Assembly: GCA_964035545.1 (NCBI GenBank)
Contig: OZ037766.1
Location: 18,067,081-18,131,080 of the forward strand
Reading direction: 5' to 3'
DNA from: Bugula neritina
Taxonomy: Eukaryota; Animalia; Bryozoa
Length of the DNA stretch: 64,000 nucleotides
The position numbers and the translations under genes are program-made. Shown in pieces: positions 30,631-45,354 of the stretch; within the stretch, counting starts at the first letter, position 1; each line of letters opens with the position of its first letter. Below the pieces are notes generated by a model. That model was not told the DNA's origin. It searched no databases and saw only the letters and a list, made by a program, of their open reading frames with translations.

Positions 30631-31319
30631 GCAACATACTGAAATACACTGTAACATACAGAAGTACGCTGTAACATACAGAAATACACTGCAACATACT
30701 GCAACATACTGAAATACACTGTAACATACTGAAACACACTGCAACATACTGAAATATACTGCAACTTAGTGAAATATACTGTAACATACTGAAATATACT
30801 GCAACATACTGAAATACACTGTAACATACAGAAGTACGCTGTAACATTCAGAAATACACTGCAACATACTGCAACATACTGAAATACACTGTAACATACT
30901 GAAACACACTGCAACATACTGAAATATACTGCAACATACTGGAACATACTGGAATATACTGTAACCCACTGAAATATACTGCAACATACTGAAATATACT
31001 GCAAGATACTGAAACCTACTGAAATACACTGTAACATACTGAAATACACTGCAACATGCTGCAACATACTGAAATACACTGTAACATATTGAAATACATT
31101 GCAACACATTGAAATAAGTTGCAAGATACCGAAATATACTGCAACATACTGAAAGACACTAAAACTCACTGAAGTATAGTGAAAAATCTAAAAATGCACT
31201 GTGGCATACTGAAATATACTGAAACACGCTGAAATATACTGGAACATACTGAAATAAACTGTAACATACTGAGATATACTGCAAGATACTGAAATATGCT
31301 ACAACTCACTGAAGTATAG

Positions 31320-34300
31320 TGTAATTTACGGAAATGTACTGTAACATACTGAAATTTATTGTAACATACTGAAATATACTGCAACATACTGAAATACACT
31401 GTAACATACTGAAATGCATTGCAAAATACTGCAACATACTGAAATACACTGTAACATACTGAAATTTGCTGTATCATACTGAAATATACTATAACCCACG
31501 GAAAAATACTGCAACATACTGAAACATACTGTAACATACTGAAATATACTGCAACATACTGAAATACACTGTAACATACAGAAATACACTGCAACATACT
31601 GCAACATACTGAAATACACTGTAACATATTGAAATACGCTGCTACACATTGAAATATGCTGCAACATACCGAAATATATGGTAACCTACTGAAATATATT
31701 GCAAAACTACTGAAATACACTGTAACATACAGAAATACGCTGTAACATACAGAAATACACTGCAACATACTGCAACATACTGAAATACACTGTAACATAC
31801 TGAAATACACTGCAACATACTGAAATATACTGCAACATAATGGAACATACTGGAATATACTGTAAACCACCGAAATATACTGCAACATACTGAAATATAC
31901 TGCAAGATACTGAAACCTACTGAAATACACTGTAACATACTGAAATACACTGCAACATACTGAAATACACTGTAACATATTGAAATACATTGCAACACAT
32001 TGAAATAAGTTGCAAGATACTGAATTATACTGCAACATACTGAAAGACACTAAAACTCACTGAAGTATAGTGAAAAATCTGAAAATGCACTGTGGCATAC
32101 TGAGATATACTGAAACACGCTGAAATATACTGGAACATACTGAAATAAACTGCAACATACTGAGATATACTGCAAGATACTGAAATATACTACAACTCAC
32201 TGAAGTATAGTGTAAGTTGCAGAAATATACTGTAACACACTGAAATTTATTGTATCATACTGAAATATACGGCAACGTACTGAAATACACTGTAACATAC
32301 TGAAAGACGCCGTATCATACTGAAATATACTATAACCCACTGAAATATACTGCAACATACTGAAAAATACTGTAACATACTGAAATATACTGCAACATAC
32401 TGAAATACACTGTAACATACAGAAATACACTGCAACATACTGCAGCATACTGCAACATACTGCAACATGCTGAAATACACTGTAACATACTGAAATATAC
32501 TGTAACATACTGAGATATACTGCAAGATACTGAAATATACTACAACTCACTGGAGTATAGTGTAATTTACGAAAATGTACTGTAACATACTGAAATACAC
32601 TGTAACATACTGAAACATATTGCAAAATACTGCAACATAGTGAAATACACTGTAACATACTGAAAGACGCCGTATCATACTGAAATATACTATAACCCAC
32701 TGAAATATACTGCAACATACTGAAATATACTGCAACACACTGGAACATACTGGAATATACTGTAACCCACTGAAATATACCGCAACATACTGAAATATAC
32801 TGCAAGATACTGAAACCTACTGAAATACACTGTAACATACTGAAGTACACTGCAGCATACTGCAACATACTGAAATACACTGTAACATATTGAAATACAA
32901 TGCAACACATTGAAATAAGTTGCAAGATACCGAAATATACTGCAACATTTTGAAAGACACTAAAACTCACTGAAGTATAGTGAAAAATCTGAAAATGCAC
33001 TGTGGCATACTGAAATATACTGAAACACGCTGAAATATACTGGAACATCCTGAAATAAACTGTAACATACTGAGATATACTGCAAGATACTGAAATATAC
33101 TACAACTCACTGAAGTATAGCGTAATTTGCAGAAATGTACTGTAACACATTGAAATTTATTGGGTCATACTGAAATATACTGCAACGTACTGAAATACAC
33201 TGTAACATACTAAAATATATTGCAAAATACTGCAACATACTGAAATATACTGCAACATGCTGAAAGACACAAAAACTCACTGAAGTATAGTGTAATATCT
33301 GCAAATGCACTGTAACATACTGAAATTTACTGTAACACACTGAAATATACTGTAACATACCGAAATATACTGTAACATACAGGAATACACTACAACATAC
33401 TGCAACATACTGAAATACACTGTAACATACTGAAATACACTGTAACATATTGAAATACACTGCAACACATTGAAATATGCTGCAACATACCGAAATATCT
33501 GGTAACCTACTGAAATATGTTGCAAACTACTGAAATATACTCAACATACTGTAACACACTGAAATATACTGTAACATACTGAAATATACGGTAACATACT
33601 GAGATATACTGCAAGATACTGAAATATACTACAACTCACTGAAGTGTAGTGTAATTTACGGAAATGTACTGTAACATACTGAAATTTATTGTAACATACT
33701 GAAATATACTGCAACATACTGAAATACACTGTAACATACTGAAATGCATTGCAAAATACTGCAACATACTGAAATACACTGTAACATACTGAAATTTGCT
33801 GTATCATACTGAAATATACTATAACCCACGGAAAAATACTGCAACATACTGAAACATACTGTAACATACTGAAATATACTGCAACATACTGAAATACACT
33901 GTAACATACAGAAATACACTGCAACATACTGCAACATACTGAAATACACTGTAACATATTGAAATACACTGCTACACATTGAAATATGCTGCAACATACC
34001 GAAATATATGGTAACCTACTGAAATATATTGCAAAACTACTGAAATACACTGTAACATACAGAAATACGCTGTAACATACAGAAATACACTGCAACATAC
34101 TGCAACATACTGAAATACACTGTAACATACTGAAATACACTGCAACATACTGAAATATACTGCAACATAATGGAACATACTGGAATATACTGTAAACCAC
34201 CGAAATATACTGCAACATACTGAAATATACTGCAAGATACTGAAACCTACTGAAATACACTGTAACATACTGAAATACACTGCAACATACTGAAATACAC

Positions 34301-37300
34301 TGTAACATATTGAAATACATTGCAACACATTGAAATAAGTTGCAAGATACTGAATTATACTGCAACATACTGAAAGACACTAAAACTCACTGAAGTATAG
34401 TGAAAAATCTGAAAATGCACTGTGGCATACTGAGATATACTGAAACACGCTGAAATATACTGGAACATACTGAAATAAACTGCAACATACTGAGATATAC
34501 TGCAAGATACTGAAATATACTACAACTCACTGAAGTATAGTGTAAGTTGCAGAAATATACTGTAACACACTGAAATTTATTGTATCATACTGAAATATAC
34601 GGCAACGTACTGAAATACACTGTAACATACTGAAATATATTGCAAAATACTGCAACATACTGAAGTATACTGCAACATACTGAAAAACACTAAAACTCAC
34701 TGAAGTATAGTGTAATATCTGCAAACGCACTGTAACATACTGAAATTTACTGTAACACACTGAAATATACTGTAACATACTGAAATATACTGTTACATAC
34801 TGAGATATACTGCAAGATACTGAAATATACTACAACTCACTGAAGTATAGTGTAATTAACGGAAATGTACTGTAACATACTGAAATTTATTGTACCATAC
34901 TGAATTATACTGCAACATACTGAAATACACTGTAACATACTGAAATATATTGCAAAATACTGGAACATACTGAAGTATACTGCAACATACTGAAAGACAC
35001 TAAAACTCACTGAAGTATAGTGTAATATCTGCAAATGCACTGTAACATACTGAAATTTACTGTAACACACTGAAATATACTGTAACATACTGAAATATAC
35101 TGTAACATACTGAGAGATACTGCAAGATACTAAAATATACTACAACTCACTGAAGTATAGTGTAATTTACGGAAATGTACTGTAACATACTGAAATTTAT
35201 TGTAACATACTGAATTATACTGCAACATACTGAAATACACTGTAACATACTGAAATATATTGCAAAATACTGCAACATACTGAAATACACTGTAACATAC
35301 TGAAAGACACTAAAACTCACTGAAGTATAGTGTAATATCTGCAAATGCACTGTAACATATTGAAATTTACTGTAACACAGTGAAATATACTGTAACATAC
35401 TGAAATATACTGTAACATACTGAGATATACTGCAAGATACTGAAATATACTACAACTCACTGAAGTATAGTGTAATTTACGGAAATGTACTGTAACATAC
35501 TGAAATTTATTGTAACATACTGAATTATACTGCAACATACTGAAATACACTGTAACATACTGAAACATATTGTAAAATACTGCAACATGCTGAAATACAC
35601 TGTAACATACTGAAAGACGCTGTATCATACTGAAATATACTATAACCCACTGAAATATACTGCAACATACTGAAATATACTGTAACAAACTGAAATATAC
35701 TGCAACATACTGAAATACACTGTAACATACAGAAATACACTGCAACATACTGCAGCAAACTGCAACATACTGCAACATACTGTAACATACTGAAACATAC
35801 TGCAACCTCCTGAAATATACTGCAACATGCTGAAATATACTGCAAGACACTGAAATATACTGCAACATACTGAAATACACTGTAACATATTGAAATACAC
35901 TGCAACACATTGAAATATGCTGCAACATACCGAAATATCTGGTAACCTACTGAAATATGTTGCAAACTACTGAAATATACTCAACATACTGTAACACACT
36001 GAAATATACTGTAACATACTGAAATATACGGTAACATACTGAGATATACTGCAAGATACTGAAATATACTACAACTCACTGAAGTGTAGTGTAATTTACG
36101 GAAATGTACTGTAACATACTGAAATTTATTGTAACATACTGAAATATACTGCAACATACTGAAATACACTGTAACATACTGAAATGCATTGCAAAATACT
36201 GCAACATACTGAAATACACTGTAACATACTGAAATACGCTGTATCATACTGAAATATACTATAACCCACGGAAAAATACTGCAACATACTGAAACATACT
36301 GTAACATACTGAAATATACTGCAACATACTGAAATACACTGTAACATACAGAAATACACTGCAACATACTGCAACATACTGAAATACACTGTAACATATT
36401 GAAATACACTGCTACACATTGAAATATGCTGCAACATACCGAAATATATGGTAACCTACTGAAATATATTGCAAAACTACTGAAATACACTGTAACATAC
36501 AGAAATACGCTGTAACATACAGAAATACACTGCAACATACTGCAACATACTGAAATACACTGTAACATACTGAAATACACTGCAACATACTGAAATATAC
36601 TGCAACATAATGGAACATACTGGAATATACTGTAAACCACCGAAATATACTGCAACATACTGAAATATACTGCAAGATACTGAAACCTACTGAAATACAC
36701 TGTAACATACTGAAATACACTGCAACATACTGAAATACACTGTAACATATTGAAATACATTGCAACACATTGAAATAAGTTGCAAGATACTGAATTATAC
36801 TGCAACATACTGAAAGACACTAAAACTCACTGAAGTATAGTGAAAAATCTGAAAATGCACTGTGGCATACTGAGATATACTGAAACACGCTGAAATATAC
36901 TGGAACATACTGAAATAAACTGCAACATACTGAGATATACTGCAAGATACTGAAATATACTACAACTCACTGAAGTATAGTGTAAGTTGCAGAAATATAC
37001 TGTAACACACTGAAATTTATTGTATCATACTGAAATATACGGCAACGTACTGAAATACACTGTAACATACTGAAAGACGCCGTATCATACTGAAATATAC
37101 TATAACCCACTGAAATATACTGCAACATACTGAAAAATACTGTAACATACTGAAATATACTGCAACATACTGAAATACACTGTAACATACAGAAATACAC
37201 TGCAACATACTGCAGCATACTGCAACATACTGCAACATGCTGAAATACACTGTAACATACTGAAATATACTGTAACATACTGAGATATACTGCAAGATAC

Positions 37301-40300
37301 TGAAATATACTACAACTCACTGGAGTATAGTGTAATTTACGAAAATGTACTGTAACATACTGAAATACACTGTAACATACTGAAACATATTGCAAAATAC
37401 TGCAACATAGTGAAATACACTGTAACATACTGAAAGACGCCGTATCATACTGAAATATACTATAACCCACTGAAATATACTGCAACATACTGAAATATAC
37501 TGCAACACACTGGAACATACTGGAATATACTGTAACCCACTGAAATATACCGCAACATACTGAAATATACTGCAAGATACTGAAACCTACTGAAATACAC
37601 TGTAACATACTGAAGTACACTGCAGCATACTGCAACATACTGAAATACACTGTAACATATTGAAATACAATGCAACACATTGAAATAAGTTGCAAGATAC
37701 CGAAATATACTGCAACATTTTGAAAGACACTAAAACTCACTGAAGTATAGTGAAAAATCTGAAAATGCACTGTGGCATACTGAAATATACTGAAACACGC
37801 TGAAATATACTGGAACATCCTGAAATAAACTGTAACATACTGAGATATACTGCAAGATACTGAAATATACTACAACTCACTGAAGTATAGCGTAATTTGC
37901 AGAAATGTACTGTAACACATTGAAATTTATTGGGTCATACTGAAATATACTGCAACGTACTGAAATACACTGTAACATACTAAAATATATTGCAAAATAC
38001 TGCAACATACTGAAATATACTGCAACATGCTGAAAGACACAAAAACTCACTGAAGTATAGTGTAATATCTGCAAATGCACTGTAACATACTGAAATTTAC
38101 TGTAACACACTGAAATATACTGTAACATACCGAAATATACTGTAACATACAGGAATACACTACAACATACTGCAACATACTGAAATACACTGTAACATAC
38201 TGAAATACACTGTAACATATTGAAATACACTGCAACACATTGAAATATGCTGCAACATACCGAAATATCTGGTAACCTACTGAAATATGTTGCAAACTAC
38301 TGAAATATACTCAACATACTGTAACACACTGAAATATACTGTAACATACTGAAATGTACGGTAACATACTGAGATATACTGCAAGATACTGAAATATACT
38401 ACAACTCACTGAAGTGTAGTGTAATTTACGGAAATGTACTGTAACATACTGAAATTTATTGTAACATACTGAAATATACTGCAACATACTGAAATACACT
38501 GTAACATACTGAAATGCATTGCAAAATACTGCAACATACTGAAATACACTGTAACATACTGAAATTTGCTGTATCATACTGAAATATACTATAACCCACG
38601 GAAAAATACTGCAACATACTGAAACATACTGTAACATACTGAAATATACTGCAACATACTGAAACACACTGTAACATACAGAAATACACTGCAACATACT
38701 GCAACATACTGAAATACACTGTAACATATTGAAATACACTGCTACACATTGAAATATGCTGCAACATACCGAAATATATGGTAACCTACTGAAATATATT
38801 GCAAAACTACTGAAATACACTGTAACATACAGAAATACGCTGTAACATACAGAAATACACTGCAACATACTGCAACATACTGAAATACACTGTAACATAC
38901 TGAAATACACTGCAACATACTGAAATATACTGCAACATAATGGAACATACTGGAATATACTGTAAACCACCGAAATATACTGCAACATACTGAAATATAC
39001 TGCAAGATACTGAAACCTACTGAAATACACTGTAACATACTGAAATACACTGCAACATACTGAAATACACTGTAACATATTGAAATACATTGCAACACAT
39101 TGAAATAAGTTGCAAGATACTGAATTATACTGCAACATACTGAAAGACACTAAAACTCACTGAAGTATAGTGAAAAATCTGAAAATGCACTGTGGCATAC
39201 TGAGATATACTGAAACACGCTGAAATATACTGGAACATACTGAAATAAACTGCAACATACTGAGATATACTGCAAGATACTGAAATATACTACAACTCAC
39301 TGAAGTATAGTGTAAGTTGCAGAAATATACTGTAACACACTGAAATTTATTGTATCATACTGAAACATACGGCAACGTACTGAAATACACTGTAACATAC
39401 TGAAATATATTGCAAAATACTGCAACATACTGAAGTATACTGCAACATACTGAAAAACACTAAAACTCACTGAAGTATAGTGTAATATCTGCAAACGCAC
39501 TGTAACATACTGAAATTTACTGTAACACACTGAAATATACTGTAACATACTGAAATATACTGTTACATACTGAGATATACTGCAAGATACTGAAATATAC
39601 TACAACTCACTGAAGTATAGTGTAATTAACGGAAATGTACTGTAACATACTGAAATTTATTGTAACATACTGAATTATACTGCAACATACTGAAATACAC
39701 TGTAACATACTGAAATATATTGCAAAATACTGGAACATACTGAAGTATACTGCAACATACTGAAAGACACTAAAACTCACTGAAGTATAGTGTAATATCT
39801 GCAAATGCACTGTAACATACTGAAATTTACTGTAACACACTGAAATATACTGTAACATACTGAAATATACTGTAACATACTGAGAGATACTGCAAGATAC
39901 TAAAATATACTACAACTCACTGAAGTATAGTGTAATTTACGGAAATGTACTGTAACATACTGAAATTTATTGTAACATACTGAATTATACTGCAACATAC
40001 TGAAATACACTGTAACATACTGAAATATATTGCAAAATACTGCAACATACTGAAATACACTGTAACATACTGAAAGACACTAAAACTCACTGAAGTATAG
40101 TGTAATATCTGCAAATGCACTGTAACATATTGAAATTTACTGTAACACAGTGAAATATACTGTAACATACTGAAATATACTGTAACATACTGAGATATAC
40201 TGCAAGATACTGAAATATACTACAACTCACTGAAGTATAGTGTAATTTACGGAAATGTACTGTAACATACTGAAATTTATTGTAACATACTGAATTATAC

Positions 40301-42500
40301 TGCAACATACTGAAATACACTGTAACATACTGAAACATATTGTAAAATACTGCAACATGCTGAAATACACTGTAACATACTGAAAGACGCTGTATCATAC
40401 TGAAATATACTATAACCCACTGAAATATACTGCAACATACTGAAATATACTGTAACAAACTGAAATATACTGCAACATACTGAAATACACTGTAACATAC
40501 AGAAATACACTGCAACATACTGCAGCAAACTGCAACATACTGCAACATACTGTAACATACTGAAACATACTGCAACCTCCTGAAATATACTGCAACATGC
40601 TGAAATATACTGCAAGACACTGAAATATACTGCAACATACTGAAATACACTGTAACATATTGAAATACACTGCAACACATTGAAATATGCTGCAACATAC
40701 CGAAATATCTGGTAACCTACTGAAATATGTTGCAAACTACTGAAATATACTCATCATACTGTAACACACTGAAATATACTGTAACATACTGAAATATACG
40801 GTAACATACTGAGATATACTGCAAGATACTGAAATATACTACAACTCACTGAAGTGTAGTGTAATTTACGGAAATGTACTGTAACATACTGAAATTTATT
40901 GTAACATACTGAAATATACTGCAACATACTGAAATACACTGTAACATACTGAAATGCATTGCAAAATACTGCAACATACTGAAATACACTGTAACATACT
41001 GAAATACGCTGTATCATACTGAAATATACTATAACCCACGGAAAAATACTGCAACATACTGAAACATACTGTAACATACTGAAATATACTGCAACATACT
41101 GAAATACACTGTAACATACAGAAATACACTGCAACATACTGCAACATACTGAAATACACTGTAACATATTGAAATACACTGCTACACATTGAAATATGCT
41201 GCAACATACCGAAATATATGGTAACCTACTGAAATATATTGCAAAACTACTGAAATACACTGTAACATACAGAAATACGCTGTAACATACAGAAATACAC
41301 TGCAACATACTGCAACATACTGAAATACACTGTAACATACTGAAATACACTGCAACATACTGAAATATACTGCAACATAATGGAACATACTGGAATATAC
41401 TGTAAACCACCGAAATATACTGCAACATACTGAAATATACTGCAAGATACTGAAACCTACTGAAATACACTGTAACATACTGAAATACACTGCAACATAC
41501 TGAAATACACTGTAACATATTGAAATACAATGCAACACATTGAAATAAGTTGCAAGATACCGAATTATACTGCAACATACTGAAAGACACTAAAACTCAC
41601 TGAAGTATAGTGAAAAATCTGAAAATGCACTGTGGCATACTGAAATATACTGAAACACGCTGAAATATACTGGAACATACTGAAATAAACTGCAACATAC
41701 TGAGATATACTGCAAGATACTGAAATACACTACAACTCACTGAAGTATAGTGTAAGTTGCAGAAATATACTGTAACACACTGAAATTTATTGTATCATAC
41801 TGAAATATACGGCAACGTACTGAAATACACTGTAACATACTGAAATATATTGCAAAATACTGCAACATACTGAAGTATACTGCAACATACTGAAAGACAC
41901 TAAAACTCGCTGAAGTATAGTGTAATATCTGCAAACGCACTGTAACATACTGAAATTTACTGTAACACACTGAAATATACTGTAACATACTGAAATATAC
42001 TGTTACATACTGAGATATACTGCAAGATACTGAAATATACTACAACTCACTGAAGTATAGTGTAATTAACGGAAATGCATGGTAACATACTGAAATTTAT
42101 TGTAACATACTGAATTATACTGCAACATACTGAAATACACTGTAACATACTGAAATATATTGCAAAATACTGCAACATACTGAAGTATACTGCAACATAC
42201 TGAAAGACACTAAAACTCACTGAAGTATAGTGTAATATCTGCAAATGCACTGTAACATACTGAAATTTACTGTAACACACTGAAATATACTGTAACATAC
42301 TGAAATATACTGTAACATACTGAGATATACTGCAAGATACTAAAATATACTACAACTCACTGAAGTATAGTGTAATTTACGGAAATGTACTGTAACATAC
42401 TGAAATTTATTGTAACATACTGAATTATTTTGCAACATACTGAAATACACTGTAACATACTGAAATATATTGCAAAATACTGCAACATACTGAAATACAC
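31320..42500 (+). repeat. Distinct satellite subfamily block: alternating 2330/2440-bp units forming a 4770-bp higher-order repeat
   Basis: Marker ORF starts at 31356, 33686, 36126, 38456 and 40896 (gaps 2330, 2440, 2330, 2440); 11-bp units at 31700, 34030, 36470, 38800 and 41240; block-specific words TGTAAACCAC, TGCTACACAT, TGAAGTGTAG, TGGGTCATAC and TGCAACCTCC. Confidence 0.92.
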
Positions 42501-42519
42501 TGTAACATACTGAAAGACA

Positions 42520-44400
42520 CTAAAACTCACTGAAGTATAGTGTAATATCTGGAAATGCACTGTGACATAATGAAATATACTGAAACACGCTGAAATATAC
42601 TGCAACATACTGAAATATACTGTAACATACTGAAATTTATTGTAACATACCGAATTATACTGCAACATACTGAAATATACTGTAACATACTGAAACATAT
42701 TGCAAAATACTGCAACATACTTAAATACACTGTAACATACTGAAAGACACTAAAACTCACTGAAGTATAGTGTAATATCTGGAAATGCACTGTGACATAC
42801 TGAAATATACTGAAACACGCTGAAATATACTTCAACATAATGAAATATACCTAAAAATATTGAAACATACTGAAATACACTGTAACATGCTGAAATACAC
42901 TGTATCATACTGAAGTATACTGTAACGCACTGAAATATACTGTAACATACTGAATTATACTGAAACATACTGCAAAATCCTGAAATATACTGCAACATGC
43001 TGAAATATACTGCAAGACACTGAAACCTACTGAAATACACTGTAACATACTGAAATACACTGCAACATACTGAAATACACTGTAACATACAGACATACAC
43101 TGCAACATACTGCAGCATACTGCAACATGCTGCAACATACTGAAATACACTGTAACATATTGAAATACACTGCAACACATTGAAATATGCTGTAACATAC
43201 TGAGATATACTGCAAGACACTGAAATATACTACAGCTCACTGAAGTATAGTGTAATTTACGGAAATGTACTGTAACATACTGAAATTTATTGTAACATAC
43301 TGAAATATACTGCAACATACTGAAATACACTGTAACATACTGAAATATATTGCAAAATACTGCAACATACTGAAATACACTGTAACATACTCAAATACAT
43401 TGTATCATACTGGAATATGCTATAACCCACTGAAATATACTGCAACTTACTGAAATATACTGTAACATACTGAAATATACTGCAACATACTGAAATACAC
43501 TGTAACATACAGAAGTATGCTGTAACATACAGAAATACACTGCAACATACTGCAACATACTGAAATACACTGTAACATACTGAAACACAATGCAACATAC
43601 TGAAATATACTGCAACATACTGGAACATACTGGAATATACTGTAACCCACTGAAATATACTGCAACATACTCAAATATACTGCAAGATACTGAAACCTAC
43701 TGAAATACACTGTAACATACTGAAATACACTGCAACATGCTGCAACATACTGAAATACACTGTAACATATTGAAATACATTGCAACACATTGAAATAAGT
43801 TGCAAGATACCGAAATATACTGCAACATACTGAAAGACACTAAAACTCACTGAAGTATAGTGAAAAATTTAAAAATGCACTGTGGCATACTGAAATATAC
43901 TGAAACACGCTGAAATATACTGGAACATACTGAAATAAACTGTAACATACTGAGATATACTTCAAGATACTGAAATATACTACAACTCACTGAAGTATAG
44001 CGTAATTTGCAGAAATGTACTGTAACACACTGAAATTTATTGTATCATACTGAAATATACTGCAACGTACTGAAATACACTGTAACATACTAAAATATAT
44101 TGCAAAATACTGCAACATACTGAAATATACTGCAACATACTGAAAGACACTAAAACTCACTGAAGTATAGTGTAATATCTGCAAATGCACTGTAACATAC
44201 TGAAATTTACTGTAACACACTGAAATATACTGTAACATACTGAAATATACTGTAACATACTGAGATATACTGTGAGATTCTGAAATATGCTACAACTCAC
44301 TGAAGTATAGTGTAATTTACGGAAATGTACTGTAACATACTGAAATTTATTGTAACATACTGAATTATACTGCAACATACTGAAATACACTGTAACATAC
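42520..44400 (+). repeat. More diverged copy of ~5390-7250 (offset 37,131)
   Basis: Offsets 5396/42527, 5619/42750, 6156/43287, 6856/43987 and 7026/44157, with several substitutions. Confidence 0.8.
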
Positions 44401-45354
44401 TGAAAGACACTAAAACTCACTGAAGTATAGTGTAATATCTGCAAATGCACTGTAACATATTGAAGTTTACTGTAACACAGTGAAATATACTGTAACATAC
44501 TGAAATATACTGTAACATACTGAGATATACTGCAAAATACTGAAATATACTACAACTCACTGAAGTATAGTGTAATTTACGAAAATGTACTGTAACATAC
44601 TGGAATTTATTGTATCATACTGAAATATACTGCAACATACTGAAATACACTGTAGCATACTAAAATGTATTGCAAAATACTGCAACATACTGAGATATAC
44701 TGCAACATACTGAAAGACACTAAAACTCACTGAAGTATAGTGTAATATCTGCAAATGCACTGTAACATACTGAAATTTACTGTAACACACTGAAATATAC
44801 TGTAACATACTGAAATACACAATAACATACTGAGATATACTGCAAGATACTGAAATATACTACAACTCACTGAAGTATAGTGTAATATCTGCAAATGCAC
44901 TGTAACATACTGAAATTTACTGTAGCACACTGAAATATACTGTAACATACAGAAATATACTGTAACATACTGAGATATACTGCAAGATACTGAAATATAC
45001 TACAACTCACTGAAGTATAGTGTAATTTACGGAAATGTACTGTAACATACTGAAATTTATTGTAACATACTGAATTATACAGCAACATACTGAAATACAC
45101 TGCAACATACTGAAATACACTGTAACATACTGAAAGACACTAAAACTCACTGAAGTATGGTGTAATATCTGCAAATGCACTGTAACATATTGAAATTTAC
45201 TGTAACACAGTGAAATATACTGTAACATACTGAAATATACTGTAACATACTGAGATATACTGCAAGATACTGAAATATACTACAACTCACTGAAGTATAG
45301 TGTAATTTACGAAAATGTACTGTAACATACTGAAATTTATTTTAACATACTGAG

